From positions 557,267 through 621,266 of the forward strand of contig NW_027192191.1 of the NCBI RefSeq assembly GCF_041956535.1: a stretch of 64,000 bases of DNA, in the 5' to 3' direction. The stretch's first letter is position 1. Every line of letters starts with the position of its first letter. This DNA is from Calcarisporiella thermophila CBS 279.70. Lineage: Eukaryota; Fungi; Calcarisporiellomycota. Shown here piece after piece: positions 39,650 through 53,054 of the stretch. The notes below the pieces were generated by a model. It was given only the letters and a program-made list of their open reading frames with translations, made no database searches and was not told the origin of the DNA. Made by a program: the position numbers and the translations under genes.

Positions 39650-42198
39650 ATGAGGCTCTTCAAATTTGTCAGCCTGGCTTTATTTCTTTTGAGCTGGGAA
39701 ATAGCCGATGGGTAATGACCTTTATTATTATTTGTTTTGCATATATACTATTACTCTTAATAATACAAATTACATGTTTGCAGTAAAGGCAGTGCTGAAG
39801 TCGTTTCCACTGCTCGGCACCCGTTCCGCGTGAAAGTGCTCCACCGTCCAGCCGACAACCATTGCTTGATAATGAAATCTGGTTTTACACAGATTCATCG
39901 AGGATTAGAGAAACATAGAGGTATATTGGTGCAAAGACGCAAAGTATTTGCAGAGCATGGTCATATTTATCAAGAGGAAAAGCAAGCAGGCAACAAACAT
40001 CAAGAAGAGATGATAGATATATACGGGTTTGATCAGAAGGAAGTACGCAAGGCATTGGGGCGTTTCTGTTCAAGCATTGAAAATGGCGATGAGAGTTTTG
40101 TTTCTTATTCTCATAAGAAAGGATTGGTTTTTGCCAATAAAAAAACAGAGAAATACAGGGCCAGAATAGTTGAAGAGGATGAAGTGGTCGGTATTTGTTG
40201 ATGAACTGCTTCAATAGACCCGCTCTTGCTAACAGACTATTCAAATGAAACTTCGATAGAGAAAAATTCTGGATAGCGGTGACTCGAAGGTGATTAATGT
40301 TAACTATTAGTACTTTATGATTAAAATTATATTAACCGCAATTTTATTAATATAGAACCGCGTTGATGTTGTATTTATGGGCGATGGTTATACAGAAGAG
40401 GAACGTGACAAATTTTTTGCTGATGTAAACCGGCTTGCTGATGAGATGTTCGTCAGTGGCACCTATAACTCTGTCAGTCCACTTTTCAACCTGTGGGCAC
40501 TTTTCCGCCCATCCAAAGAAAGCGGAATTGGGGTCAATAGCAAGCCAAAGGATACCGCATTTGGTCTTTACCGAGATGGTACTGAGTTGCGTGCTGTATA
40601 TTGCTCCAAGCTCGAGGAAGCACACAAAGCGTGTGACTCAATTGGAGAAGCCTCCTGTGACTTTCCTTCTCTCATCGGAAACGACCCTTATTATGGTGGA
40701 CTGGGTGGTGAGTTTGTGATCACGACTTCCTCCAAGACCTCAGGTATCGTCGTAATGAGACATGAGATGGGGTAAGGTCATATTTCATTTTTGACATGAC
40801 TCATCGCTTAATAATATCTATGTGATATAGACATAGTTTTCTTGATGCTGGCGATGAATGTAACCGTGAAGACATTTTAGCCAATGAAAGCTAATCATTC
40901 TAACCAAATTCCTCTGAACAGACGATAATTCCTACGCCTATTACGGTTGCAACAGTGGAAAATCCCTTGACAGTCTCCCTTGGAAACATTGGATCAATGG
41001 CCCTTTGCGTGAAGAGAAAAGCAACTTGGCTGCGGCCCAATATCCATGGTATGACCTTGCGAAAGGACCCTATAAAATCAAATTTAACACCACTGGTGAT
41101 TATCCCCGCTGGATGATCCGAATTTCGGCCTCAGGAATGGAAAGAGATGGAGCTTTCAAGGTATTTTTTTTTTCGTTTACATTTATTTGCAGCTATATGA
41201 ATGTTTGTGATTTTTAGGTACTCCTCGATGGCAAGGAGCTGCCTTGGAAATCGAATGGAGATTACGACAGATACTTCTATAAATACTATAGCAAAGGCAA
41301 ACACGGGGGATTTAAGTCTGGTCAACATTTGCTTGAGCTGCGCCAGGGCCTCCCGAAAAACGGCACTGGTGCCCCCATCCGCCAACTATGTAGTGCTACA
41401 GTGCAAGAATATGCTTCGGAGGATGAGTTCGTTTCCGATCCAGAAAATGTAATAATAAGTTTATATCACAATCCTTGGTCGGGCATTTATCACCTATATC
41501 TCTTTTTTTCTTTCTGCCATAGATATCCGCGTATGCAACTATATCCGATAAAAAAGAAAAGTCCTATAGACCGACGAATGAGTAAGCATTGACGATGGAG
41601 CTATGGACCAGTTTGCTAATATACAATTTTACTTTTCAGGGGTTGTTTGATGCGTGAGATTACTAGGAAAAATTTGTGAGCATTATTATCTCGGATTAAA
41701 CGGTATCCCTCTAACAACTAATGGCTCTCTCGTTCTTTATTTTACTCTAGGTGTCCTGTCTGTAAAGAGTGTCTCTGGCACCAATTTTTAAAGATCGTGA
41801 AACTCGTCGACGATGTTACTGTTGCTTGCGAAACTAGAAGCAAGTTGGAGGCTCTCTCGTCCCAGCCTGAAAACAGCCATCCTAAACGTAATCGAATCTA
41901 CAAAATTGAGCTAAACCCCATTCCATTTGCTCAGTTCCGCCCAAAAAGTAAACGTATCAAGGGGGAAAAATACACAGTGACTTGGTATAAAGATGGTCAA
42001 CGTCAGTCAGAGCTTGACAATAAATTTAAGTTTAAGGTGAAGAATCCTCCGCCACACTACAAGCAGAACTGGGAGGTTGTGCTTGAACTGACCCAACCCG
42101 AAGTGCTCATCGATCCTCTGAGGTTGCTTACCACACGACAAAACTTTACTATCGATCCGACTGCTGAATGCAAAAAATCCATATTCCGAGGATGGTGA
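39650..42198 (+). CDS. Secreted peptidase M64 (IgA-peptidase-like) metalloprotease, many exons
   Basis: Signal peptide MRLFKFVSLALFLLSW; NRVDVVFMGDGYTEEE; FGLYRDGTELRAV; zinc motif VMRHEMG|HSF...GDEY; later CLMR...CPVCKECLW. Confidence 0.85.
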
Positions 42199-42853
42199 GT
42201 TGAAGCATACACGATAACAAACGATGTATAGACGGAGCTCTCTGCGCTCCATTTAGTTGTCTTACTAGCGAGAGGGACTGAAAAGCTATATAATCTAATA
42301 TGTACGATATATCTATAATATTTATTAATACCTATTTAATTCTCGAAATCCTCTAATAAACCTAATATTTGTAATGAAATATTCCCGATAATTCGTAAAT
42401 AATTTTTAAATAGGATTCAAACTAATAAACTGATAAATGGTAGCATTTAAACTTGTGTTTGCGAACTTTACTTGAGGATTTATAAGCTTTCAAAAACTCA
42501 AGTGTATGCTATATCGTCCGAGTTTATGCCTTGCACTAAATTTAAAATTTCATATTAACATTTAACTAACCACTTCTAAACCAATGAACTAATACAGGCA
42601 ATAAGTGCTATTTTTCATAGCCATGGGTTCATATTATAATGGCCTATTGCCCTATACCGCTGCTATTATTGTTAAAATATGAGACTGGCATTTAAAAGCT
42701 TTAAAATTAAAAGAGTTCCCCCAGAGATATGTTGTATAAATATTGAGAGATATTGAATATGTGTCTTGAATCAAAAATATGCATATTTTCCATTATAATG
42801 CCATTATATTCATTGTTTTTCTTTATTTTTAGTACTACTAATATCGTTGCAAT

Positions 42854-43201
42854 TTAATAATTAAGGGTACACTTATAAGTCTGTGGACAGAAACCACAAT
42901 CACATACAATGTCATTGACAAATTTGCATTGCATACTACTTGTACAGCCTGCAACACGACAATCACTACGAGAAATACACTCATAGTATCCAGAACTAGG
43001 GTAAGTAGGATGGCAGACTTTATCGGATGAACATCCTTTTACACGGCAGTCATCGTAACATGCATAAAATGAAGGAGCAATCCCACAAGGTGTATAAAGA
43101 CAGATTTGTCCATAAGGACAGCCATTGCTTCGACAATCGTTTGTACAGCACCGCACCGATAAAATGCTAATTGCAAAAATCCCAAAATTCAACACTTTCA
43201 T
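42854..43201 (-). CDS. Small secreted cysteine-rich protein with three DCRxxGC repeats
   Basis: Signal peptide followed by DCRSNGCPYGQIC / DCRVKGCSSDKVC / DCRVAGCTSSMQC; TATAAAG upstream on the minus strand. Confidence 0.8.
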   Translation of the reverse strand: MKVLNFGIFAISILSVRCCTNDCRSNGCPYGQICLYTPCGIAPSFYACYDDCRVKGCSSDKVCHPTYPSSGYYECISRSDCRVAGCTSSMQCKFVNDIVCDCGFCPQTYKCTLNY

Positions 43202-44302
43202 ATTATTTTTGTTTGTTTGAAGAGAAGCAAATAGCTTAGTGGTAAAAAGTTCAAACTAAAATAAATACCGGGGATGAGGGTAATCAATCTTTATACCCCA
43301 TTTTAAAAGCAAACTGAAAGCGGACATTGAGATTCCCCCCCCTAGTCGATGATCTACCCAGAAAGTACATTGAGAGCTACTTGTTAAGGTTAATTGAAAT
43401 GCTCATTGCCAAGTTGAATATGTGCTCCCGACTTTTACCAACCAGTAAACTTCCAAAATTTAATGCTTAAAGACAAGTGACTAACCTTTCCATGGATTTC
43501 CACTAAGCTGATCATCCGCTCAGTAATTGGCAATAAATAACTCAATACATATATCAAAATTGCAACCTCTTAGTATCTCATTTTCGTCAAACTATTTAAC
43601 CACTGGACAAGTACTTGGAGGATTGAGGGCTCGACTTACAAAATTATTGTGAATATGACATGAGAAACCGAAAGATATAATAATACATGTATTTCATGCT
43701 TCCCATACAACCATCCATTTGATTGTCACTACGAAATACATATCCATAATATTTAGGGTGTTTATTGTAACAAACTTGAATGTGAGGACATAGTTTTATA
43801 TGGCAACCAGCGAAGCATATTAAAGCACAAGGTAAATATCCGAAAGGAGTATCAATATAAATCGGTCCACGAGGATATTCAGCGATCTTGAAACTAACAT
43901 TATCATACCATATCTATAAGATATTGAATGCAGAGATACCTATGTTTAGTGTTTTAATTTTAATTTTCAGCTATTTGTTGGAGAAAGGCAAAGGGTTTAG
44001 TTCTTAAACTTTCATAATAGTTACCGGGATGAGAGTAGGCAACTTTTTTACCCTAGTTGAAAAAAAAAACGAGTATGGATATTGATATTCCCATCCCTGG
44101 TCGTTAATCTAAAATTTTATTTTGAAAGTATTATTGATAATTTGAATTATTAGGCAATGTAAATAAAATTGTTACGCTTGATCACTCGAACCTGTAGACC
44201 AATTAAATATAATCAACTTTAGAATGCTTTGATAATATTCATAATCTATGTAAGAGATATATTTCAAGTTTGATCATCCGGGTGTCCTTGTTAATGATAG
44301 TT

Positions 44303-44447
44303 TTCACAACACAGGTATGTCGGGGAGCAAATCCCCCGGGGTTGTATTTACAAGTCGGTCGTTAAGAGCTTCCACTGGTTCGACAATCACTTTGGAGCAC
44401 CGCACCGATATGTTGATCGCTGAAAAAATCATAAAGCATAATAACAT
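44303..44447 (-). pseudogene. Degenerate paralog of the 42854-43201 Cys-rich protein
   Basis: Reads MLLCFMIFSAINISVRC, then after a 1-nt frameshift DCRTSGSS*RPTCKYNPGGFAP, compared with SVRCCTNDCRSNGCPYGQICLYTPCGIAP in the intact gene. Shared DNA GCACCGCACCGATA and TTCGACAATC. Confidence 0.75.
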
Positions 44448-45168
44448 TATTTCGTATTCTATTTGTAAAAAATAACCTATGTAAACTATCTTAAATCACG
44501 GACGAAAATTGGTATTAAGTCATAGGTTAAAGTATCACTTTCTCACAATTAAAAAACATACGTGTCTTTGTCTTTTCAATTCTGTGATCATTTTGCATTC
44601 TGGTCCCTCTAAGTTGCTTGTTTATCGGCACCAAGGCCGATAATAGGTCATGAGACCATGAGTGTTGATGGGAGAACATTTATCCTCTAAAATTATCAGA
44701 TGTAAAGGGAGATTTCTCGTTGGTTGTGAATCAGATTAGGTCCACACAACCTATCTGAGGCTGAATAGGGATTGGATCGCTCAAGTGAATAGATTGAGTT
44801 TGAACAGGGCAGAAAATCTACAGTGGAAAACAGCCGTCGTTGAACAATATTTTCGAGATCGCTCTTTGGGATATATGGGCAATCACAAAGACAAGCTGCA
44901 CAATTGGTAGAGAGTTGATAATGTTATTGAAACGATTTAAAGGCAACATGACCTTCATGATTTATTGGTATCCTCAGATAATAACTTAGAGAATAAAAGG
45001 AAATCGAAAAGGCTTTTTCCAGGCTCTGACGTAATTGTTCAGTTCCGACTTTCTATTTGTCCTGACTATTTATATGCACCTCGAACGGCAAAATAATTAT
45101 AATTGCCGACGAATATATATAGAGTGCTAAGCTGAGTCATACTGGGATTTTTGAAAACGCATCTCGCC

Positions 45169-46497
45169 ATGCCAGAAAACCTCGAAAAGCGCAAGAGTGC
45201 TTTTGAATTACATTTGCCTGTTAAAACAGCGCGTACTGTATTTTATTAACCCTTAGTGAATTAGTATTGTTTTTACTGATTTTGAAATCTTTCCTTTATC
45301 CATTAGACATTCATGAAGGAGAATCTGTAAAGCATGAGACCCATGGTAAAATAACTGTTTCCCCAAGATGTGTATATTATAATCTTATTTTTTTTTTCCA
45401 AACCGTAGATTTCGATCAAGTTGAGCGTTTTAAAGCAAAATTAGAAAGTCGCTTATCGGCTAAGAAAGGAAACGAAACAAATGAGAGAGCAACGGTAGGT
45501 TTTTCTTACCACCTAGAGTTGCTTCATATTTAATATTAACATCTATACAATGTGTAAATAGAGAAGGAGAGAGCAAAACAGAGCAGCGCAAAGAGCATAC
45601 AGGTGAGACGGGATGCAGCAATTCATTTAGCATTGCTCTTATTGATTATACTTTGCTATCTGCCTCATCTTGACCTTGGCAAATCGTAGAGAACGAAAGG
45701 AAAAATATATCAAAGAGCTAGAGGATAAAATTTCGGATCTCGAGAAACAAATACTCGAAAACAACAATTTGAAAATCGATAACCGCAAGCTACGAAGCCG
45801 ATTAAATCAGCTCGAGGCAGAGAACAATGCTCTCAAAGCGAAGGAATTCACTTTTTCAGTTTCACCAGACATAATAAACGAGATTCAAAAGCTTCTTCCA
45901 GGTGTTTTCCCAGGTAAAGAAGCTAGCGGAACACTAGTTACTCCACCTATGAGTTCATCAGGTTCCTCCTCGCCCGAATCGATTGGTAGTACTTCTCCTA
46001 GTGACGGCCCAGCCGAAGGCGAATTTGTTGATTGCAAAAATTGCAGAATGTGGTCCGGTGAATCCTTTTGTGAGAAACTCAAAGAGCAAGTATGTGGGAC
46101 CAACAAGACTCCCCAAAATGACGAAACCATCTTTAATCTACTCTCTGGCCCCATGTGGGATCCCCTGTCGGTCGATTTATCTTCCGAGAGTTTCAGTGCA
46201 TATCGAGATGCGAATCTGTTCCCTCCACAAGCGGATCTGTACGGTGAAGAAACGCTATCTCTGTTTGATCTTGACGACCTACTTCCTTTGCAAGAGGACA
46301 ACTCACGCGACAAAGACAATTCAAAGGTGCTTACCTGCGATCTTGTGTGGAGCCGAATTAAACAGCACCCGAAATTTGCGGAAATCGATCTTGACCATCT
46401 GTGCGACGAGTTAGCAAAGAAAGCGACATGTACCCCAAATGGCCCAACGGTTCCAGAAGAGACGGTTACTCAAGCCCTAAATAGCCTCTCTTTTTGA
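45169..46497 (+). CDS. Yap1/Pap1-like AP-1 bZIP transcription factor (multi-exon)
   Basis: Spliced basic region RRREQNRAAQRAYR|ERKEKYIKELE plus leucine zipper; C-terminal cysteine-rich domain LTCDLVWSRI..HPKF..IDLDHLCDELAKKATC...GP. Confidence 0.88.
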
Positions 46498-47298
46498 TTT
46501 AACTTTTAGTGCGGAATTTGTTAATTTTCTTATTATTGTAAATGTTTCTCTAACCAAAAATGTAGTTAATTCGTAATTGTGCAATAAATCATACCATATC
46601 TTTTTGAATTAACACTTAATCATATTGTAGTCTCTTCACTCAGTTTTTATCGATATCCACTTGACTATTGCCTATTGAGTAAAGGGAAAAACTCGTGCTC
46701 TTACCCTCTTATGCTCTCAACTGATCCGGGCTTAATTATTCATTTCCACCACATATAAAGATAGTTTAATAAAATTGCAGAGAATCTACAACAGTTATGA
46801 AAAGTCAATGATAACATGACCCGAGATAATAACTCTAAACTGAAATAACTTCGCAGGAGATAATCATTATCATTGCTTATTAACACTTTATAATTGAAAG
46901 TTCTTGAGTGAGTTATTTATATCCTGATATATTTGTGCTTAGTTGTGCTTTTATTTTGTGCGGTTAATAGCTGTAAAGTTTTGATGAGTGTGGTATATTT
47001 GAGAAAATTATGAGGGGAATTGAATATTTACGTAGCAACAGCATACATATTACATCTTTTGACAAAAATATTAAGTATAATGTGTATGGTTGTTTTGATA
47101 ACGTTGCTCCTGAATTAAGTAATCAGTAGAATTCTATGTAGGATATTTCAAGCACTCCTCTGAGTATACTGTATATTGTAAGATTAAACATCAATTGTTC
47201 TTCCAATTCATATTATGTCTACAATCGATCGACTGCGCCCCTTATTTTATTTTATTCCATTGGTTTCTAAGAACTCTTTGAATTCTAGTCTACAATCG

Positions 47299-48184
47299 AT
47301 GCCACACTACGCTGGCCCATCTCCCACCCGTCGCTCTTCTCGAAGAAGTCGTTCTCCTTCGTCCCGCATCCGTAGTCGAAGTCCAACTCGTCGTTATCAC
47401 GATCGTGATCGTCCTCGCAGTGATCGCGAGGAATATAGAGAGAGAGAGCGTGGTAGAGATCGTGAAAGAAATTCGCGTCGAAGGTCACGTTCCCGGAGCA
47501 GGGACAGAAGAAGATCCCGATCTCGTGATAGAAAGCGTATATATTCAACATTTAATTCCAATTTTTATCAAGCTAATTGTGTCGCTTTTTAATAGAATAT
47601 CGATACGAGAAATCTAGAAGACGTGACAGCTCCCGCTCACGATCTCCAGTTTCGTTACCCAAATCAAGACAACGCTCTAGATCTCGATCTCGTTCACGAT
47701 CATACTCACAAGCCCGTGATATATCCTCGGAGTAAATATTCTATTCTCAACCATTTTCTATCTACAATGGCTGAATGCTATATATACACACGATTTAATC
47801 TAGAGAAAATATAACTGATCCTGTCGATAAAAATGGCACAAATGGTTTGATATGATTTGTTAATATGTCCATCGAGTAGAGTTTTTCTAAATCTTTATTC
47901 TGTTTTTTGCCGTATCATAACACAGAATTGGATCAACAGGAATTGACACAAGATTCTGATGAAGCCCAAATGATGGCAATGTTTGGCTTTGCTGGATTTA
48001 GCACAACTAAAGTAAACTATTTTCTAGTATTTTATTTTAAGACTTATTTGCTTAAAGGCCATTTTCTTTTCAGGGGAAACATGTCCCAGGAGCAGATTTA
48101 TCTGGAGTAAGCATTAAGCAAGATCGGAAATACCGCCAGTATATGAATCGTAAAGGTGGATTTAACAGGCCGCTCAGCCCTTGA
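47299..48184 (+). CDS. SNRNP27: U4/U6.U5 tri-snRNP 27 kDa protein (RS-rich)
   Basis: RS-rich N-terminus; [14 protein letters not shown]|GKHV...[19 protein letters not shown]. Confidence 0.92.
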
Positions 48185-49035
48185 GGCGTAGGTGGTGACT
48201 AGATTTCCGTTGTTTTAATATAGCTAATGCAACGTTTTGATGAAGTAAATGGATTAATAAAATCTTGTATATTATTTCTGATGTTGGTGGTAAAAAAATA
48301 CTTAGGCATGAACTGGATACTTGTTTGTTTTTACTTAAAACATTTTCCCATGCATATGCAATTGATTCCAAAGGCTCTTAAGGATCAATAGCTAGAACAA
48401 AAAAATGCTTAATCCTTGATTTCTAAAAGCACATATCGATAATGTAACGGGATAGGAATTAAAAAAAATATAGAACACAGCTCAAGCAGTCCTCTAATTA
48501 CTTTTCTTAAATGGAGGATATATTTAAAGAGAAATTTAAAGGGTGATGAAGCTTCAAAAACTGGGCTTTTTAGAAAAGATGATTTGAAGACACTTTCGGC
48601 ATGAAAAGTAGAAAAAATATATTATGAGCAATATCTCCCATACCATATGTCTATAAAAGCTTACCAAACAATCCTCTTCCTAAACAATCTCACCAGAATT
48701 CAGGCTGAATCATCTTGCCCTCTATAGAATATCCAAATAGGAGAACTTTTAAACTGCGTCTTCAATATAATTTGAAGGTTTTTCTTAAGGGTAGATATTA
48801 AATTTAGTAAATATCTGTTCCATACCTGCTTCAACTATCCGAACATATATATTATAGCCAATTATCGAGCAAGTTTAATTGCGAAACTTAAGGATATTTG
48901 CCTGAGAAGTCTATATTCCATCGAGAATTGTGGCTTAGATGTTTAGGGGTCCAATCAACAACGCCCTTCGCCCATCATTTTTTCTACTTCATTGATATCT
49001 TCGAAGAGTCTACATAATTGCCTCTAAACGCCAGT

Positions 49036-50058
49036 ATGGAAGATCCAAATACCCATCAACAGCAGTTAGCTCAAGCCCATTTCGGTCAGGATTATACTAC
49101 GTCGCATGTTCCCGTTCAAACTCACGTTGGAGTGAATAGTGGTGCGATTTCAGCCGCAGATCAGCTCTCTGTTCGTATTCGTTTTCTATATAAGTTTTGT
49201 GATCTTCCTAAATAAACTGGTCTATCTTATAGAATACACACAAAGCAGGCCAAGCATATGATCCGAGTCGCCATTTGGGATATCAGTATCCGAACATGGT
49301 AGTGTTATTATTTTCTACACAATGTTTTTTTTTTAAATAATTTGCTCATCTGTACAAAATTCGTTCGTACATGATTTACCTTAGCCAATGATTCCTGGGA
49401 ATCCTCAAGTTATAAACCCACTTTATCGTGTTCCACCAATGTCAAATGAAGTGGTTGCAGAAGAGGAGCCATTATATGTTAACGCCAAACAGGTATTTAT
49501 GCTCTTCCTTTTTTTTTGAATTTCCGCCATTTTTTTATACATTATTCTTATCGCTAGTATCACCGTATCTTGAAACGAAGAGCCGCTAGAGCACGTCTAG
49601 AAGAACAAAATAAAATGGCTAAAACACGAAAGGTAATTTAGAGATGAATTACTCGTAAAATTAACTTGCTTACTTTTTTTTATATCTATCATTTCCTAAT
49701 TCATAATCCAATTATAAAGCCTTACCTAGTAAGTAGACCACAATATTTTACATGTAAATTTAACTTCATTGAATAATATATTCTCTATTTTCAAGCACGA
49801 ATCAAGACATAAGCACGCAATGAGACGGCCCCGTGGTCCAGGTGGCAGGTTTTTGAGCAAGAGTGAGCTGGCAGGTAAGCTTTAGGCTTCTCACACTTAT
49901 AATTAGATCTCTCATGTCTCCTATTTGTACTCAAAGAGCTGCAGAAATCGCAAGATGCGCATAAAAATGGCGACCAGGAAGGATCCCATCAACATCAAAC
50001 ATCACAGGAAAACATTACGCCACAAGAGAATGGAAAGTTATCAGAAAGCAATGCATGA
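49036..50058 (+). CDS. HAP2: CCAAT-binding factor subunit Hap2/NF-YA (many short exons)
   Basis: EEPLYVNAKQ|YHRILKRRAARARLE...RK|PYL|HESRHKHAMRRPRGPGGRFL. Confidence 0.94.
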
Positions 50059-50413
50059 TATTAAGATTTTTTTATCCTTGTATTCTCTCTGGTAGCGTTT
50101 CAAGAACTTGGCATTAGAATTTCTTTCTTCTTCCCTTTGTGATATTGTTTTATATACTTAAAATATTATTTTTAAGTAAAAGGTTCTACTCTGTTTATTT
50201 TTTTCACCTTTTTTTCTTTTTTTTTCCTCCTATTTCGCTGTCATTTTTGCTTTGTTCCTCGTTTTATCTGTGTTGTCAATAATGGAACTCAATTCATATT
50301 TTTTTTTATACTCTTGGTGTTTGGCAACTATTTTTATATGATTCATAAAGATATTTATTATACAAGTGATATCAGAAAGGAGGGAAAAAACACGCAGCCT
50401 TTTCTCGAAAGAA

Positions 50414-51144
50414 TTATGATTCTTTTTTCTGCTGAGGTTGCGGAGATGGTGGTTGATCTAAGGTCATCATAACAGTGCCAGTAATGATTAAACTTGCACC
50501 AAACCACCATTTTAAAGCGAGGGGTTCATTGAATAGCAAATGACCTAAAAGAGCCTGACGTCATTATAAGAACGTGTTAATCAATCTTTTCTGTTGAAAA
50601 GGAAATTATGTATCATTCTTACCGTAGAGCAGAAATTTGCCGTGCTGTTGAGCACTGTGACATTGATAGAAGATGCTGATAGATTAAGAGCCTTAGTGAA
50701 TAGTGTCCACATAAAGGCATTGCAAGCGCACATCATGGCAAAACATGCAGCACGTGCTGTTAATAATACCTTTGATATTATATATGCAGTCAGTTGGAAA
50801 TTCTCAATTCTCGAGATCGATTGATCACTAACCACATCAAATTGTTGGCTGTGCTCATAATATGACAACGAGATAGTAAAACACTGGGTTCTATTGCACA
50901 CTATTTCACTCAGGTATTGTACAGCAGCTTCAGTCCTGGGGTCTGTGAACAGTTTTGCAAAGACTGACGCAAGAGCTGCTAATAATCCAGCAGTAAGAGC
51001 ATATGAGATGTACGATGAGCGGTTAACATCGCGACTCTCTATTCCTTGCCTTCCTGCATTATCTTCTGCATTCTTCACCATCTCATATGTGTAAATCTTA
51101 TTCGATCGAGGGGTTGGCTTAGTTCTGTAATCTATCGGAGGCAT
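50414..51144 (-). CDS. TMEM42-like (EamA/DMT-related) small membrane protein
   Basis: AGLLAALASVFAKL; CNAFMWTLFTKAL..S.SS..VTVLNSTANFCST|ALLGHLLFNEPLALKWWFGASLIITG. Confidence 0.82.
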
Positions 51145-51784
51145 GTTTATTTCCCAATCTCATCTTCGGAGTTGACCGATGGGCGAGAGTGATAAAGAAA
51201 ATGAGGCGCAGCCCGACCTCGAGTGTATCTTTGCACAAGTAGTATAAGCGATCCTATAGCATGTGCTTAGGAAAGTAGCGTGGGCCCCACAAAAGGAATT
51301 CTTTAATTATATCGGATAGGGTAGGACGACTGGCGGTAAAGCCTTTGGAATAAATCCAATAATTATCCAGCCAACCTCTATGGTGACCTTCATTTTCTCT
51401 AACCCTCGGAGCCCGAACTAGATTTTAGAGTTCCTTAGTCAATCAAACTCTAATCGATTGAAAATCCCCGGGCTCCAACCCCCTCGAATTTGAGTTTATT
51501 AGACAGTTCCCTCATGGTCTAGCGCGCCGGTACCTCGATTCTTTGCGATATATTTGTGGCACGTTCCATCCAATTCACGCGATTTCTTAGCCCTGCTGAA
51601 AACTTTCGCAAGTCCTATAAATTCCCTCTCTCTCTCTGTTGCGATGCTTTCTCTAATCCCCTAACACTCCCTTCTTCGATTTTTGCTTAAAACGTCTGGT
51701 TACGTTCCTTTCTACTCCTCCCCAACATTTCCACACAAATCTCCTTTGCAACTTAGTTTATTTATTAAACCATAATCTTGAACA

Positions 51785-52755
51785 ATGGCCAAGTTTCTCT
51801 CTATTGCATTGATTGCTCTTGCTTCTACTCAGGCAGTACTGGGTCTTTCGCAGGCCGAGAAGCAGGTATAATCCAAGCTGGCTCTAATAAATCTCGAGCT
51901 CAAAGGCTTACAGCGCGGCCTTTTTTTATTTATTTATTACCGATTTGATTAGGAAATTTTGGACATTCATAATAATTTCAGAGCTCGCCATTCGGCGCCT
52001 CCTCTCAAATGGAGTGACAGGGCTGAGCAACAGGCTCAATCTTGGGCAAATAAATGCCAGATGAGCCATTCCCAGGCGCGTGGTTTTGGAGAGAACCTTG
52101 CGTAAATAATCCTTGACATGAACAATATTCGTGAAGTAGAGTTAATATAAAGTTCTTCTGTAGCTGGGGATATCGCTCGTGGAAGGCCGCCATCGATGGG
52201 TGGTATAACGAAGAGTCCAAGTATGATTACAGCAGGGGTGGCTTTAGCATGCAGACTGGTAAGTAACATTAATACGTAGGATTTTTGCTACATATTCACC
52301 TCAAAAATGGATTTTGTCTAGGCCACTTTACCCAAGTAGTCTGGAAGAGCACCACCCAGATCGGCTGCGCAATTTCTTCCTGCCCATCGCTCTCTATTAA
52401 ACCGATGTATGTTTGCAACTACGTTGAACCTGGTGAGTAGCTAGCCATAATCTATGATTTTGGGCTCTAATCTATTGGCTTCTAAAAACATTGGGGCTGG
52501 TAAACATGCTATTAATCAGCCATCTAAATATATTAATAATTAGGAAATTTCCTCGGTCGGTTCAAGGAGAATGTTCTTCCCCCTGCCGGCGGTAATCCCG
52601 ACAAGCCAACTGAGGAAAAGCAGCCCTTGCCTGGTCAAGGAGGCAAGAAACCAGGCAACAACAAGAATAAGCGTCCCAACAAGAAGGGGAAGAGGAGGCC
52701 CTCGAACAAGAAGAGGCACTCAAACAAGAAGAGGCACTCGCACAAGAAGCACTAA
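51785..52755 (+). CDS. Secreted CAP/SCP/PR-1 (Pry-like) protein with a basic C-terminal tail
   Basis: Signal peptide; HNNFRARHSAPPLKWS; GENL; WYNEE; GHFTQVVWKSTTQIGCA; CNYVEPGN. Confidence 0.93.
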
Positions 52756-53054
52756 TTACGCCTCGCCCTTCTCCAGATTTTTATATCCTATCAATTAACG
52801 AATGAATCTGACGATAATAATAAATTCATCCCTATTTGCCCAGATGCGTTTTTTGCCTACTCTTTGCCACACTCGGAGAATTATCGAAGTAATATAATTA
52901 ACGGAAATAATGTAAAAACGAAAAAATAACTAACACCCTTGTTCACACGCACCTTTATCGCGCTATTTTATTCATATTTCATTTTTATCCCTCTCTCCTT
53001 TATTCTTTTTCTTGTTTTACCTCTTGATACTCGACATTAATCCTTCATTCTCTA

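Noticed and set aside
45169-46497. Possible HapX assignment, given Cys clusters and the nearby HAP2 gene
   Set aside because: No Hap4-like motif or CGFC clusters; the C-terminus matches the Yap1/Pap1 c-CRD.
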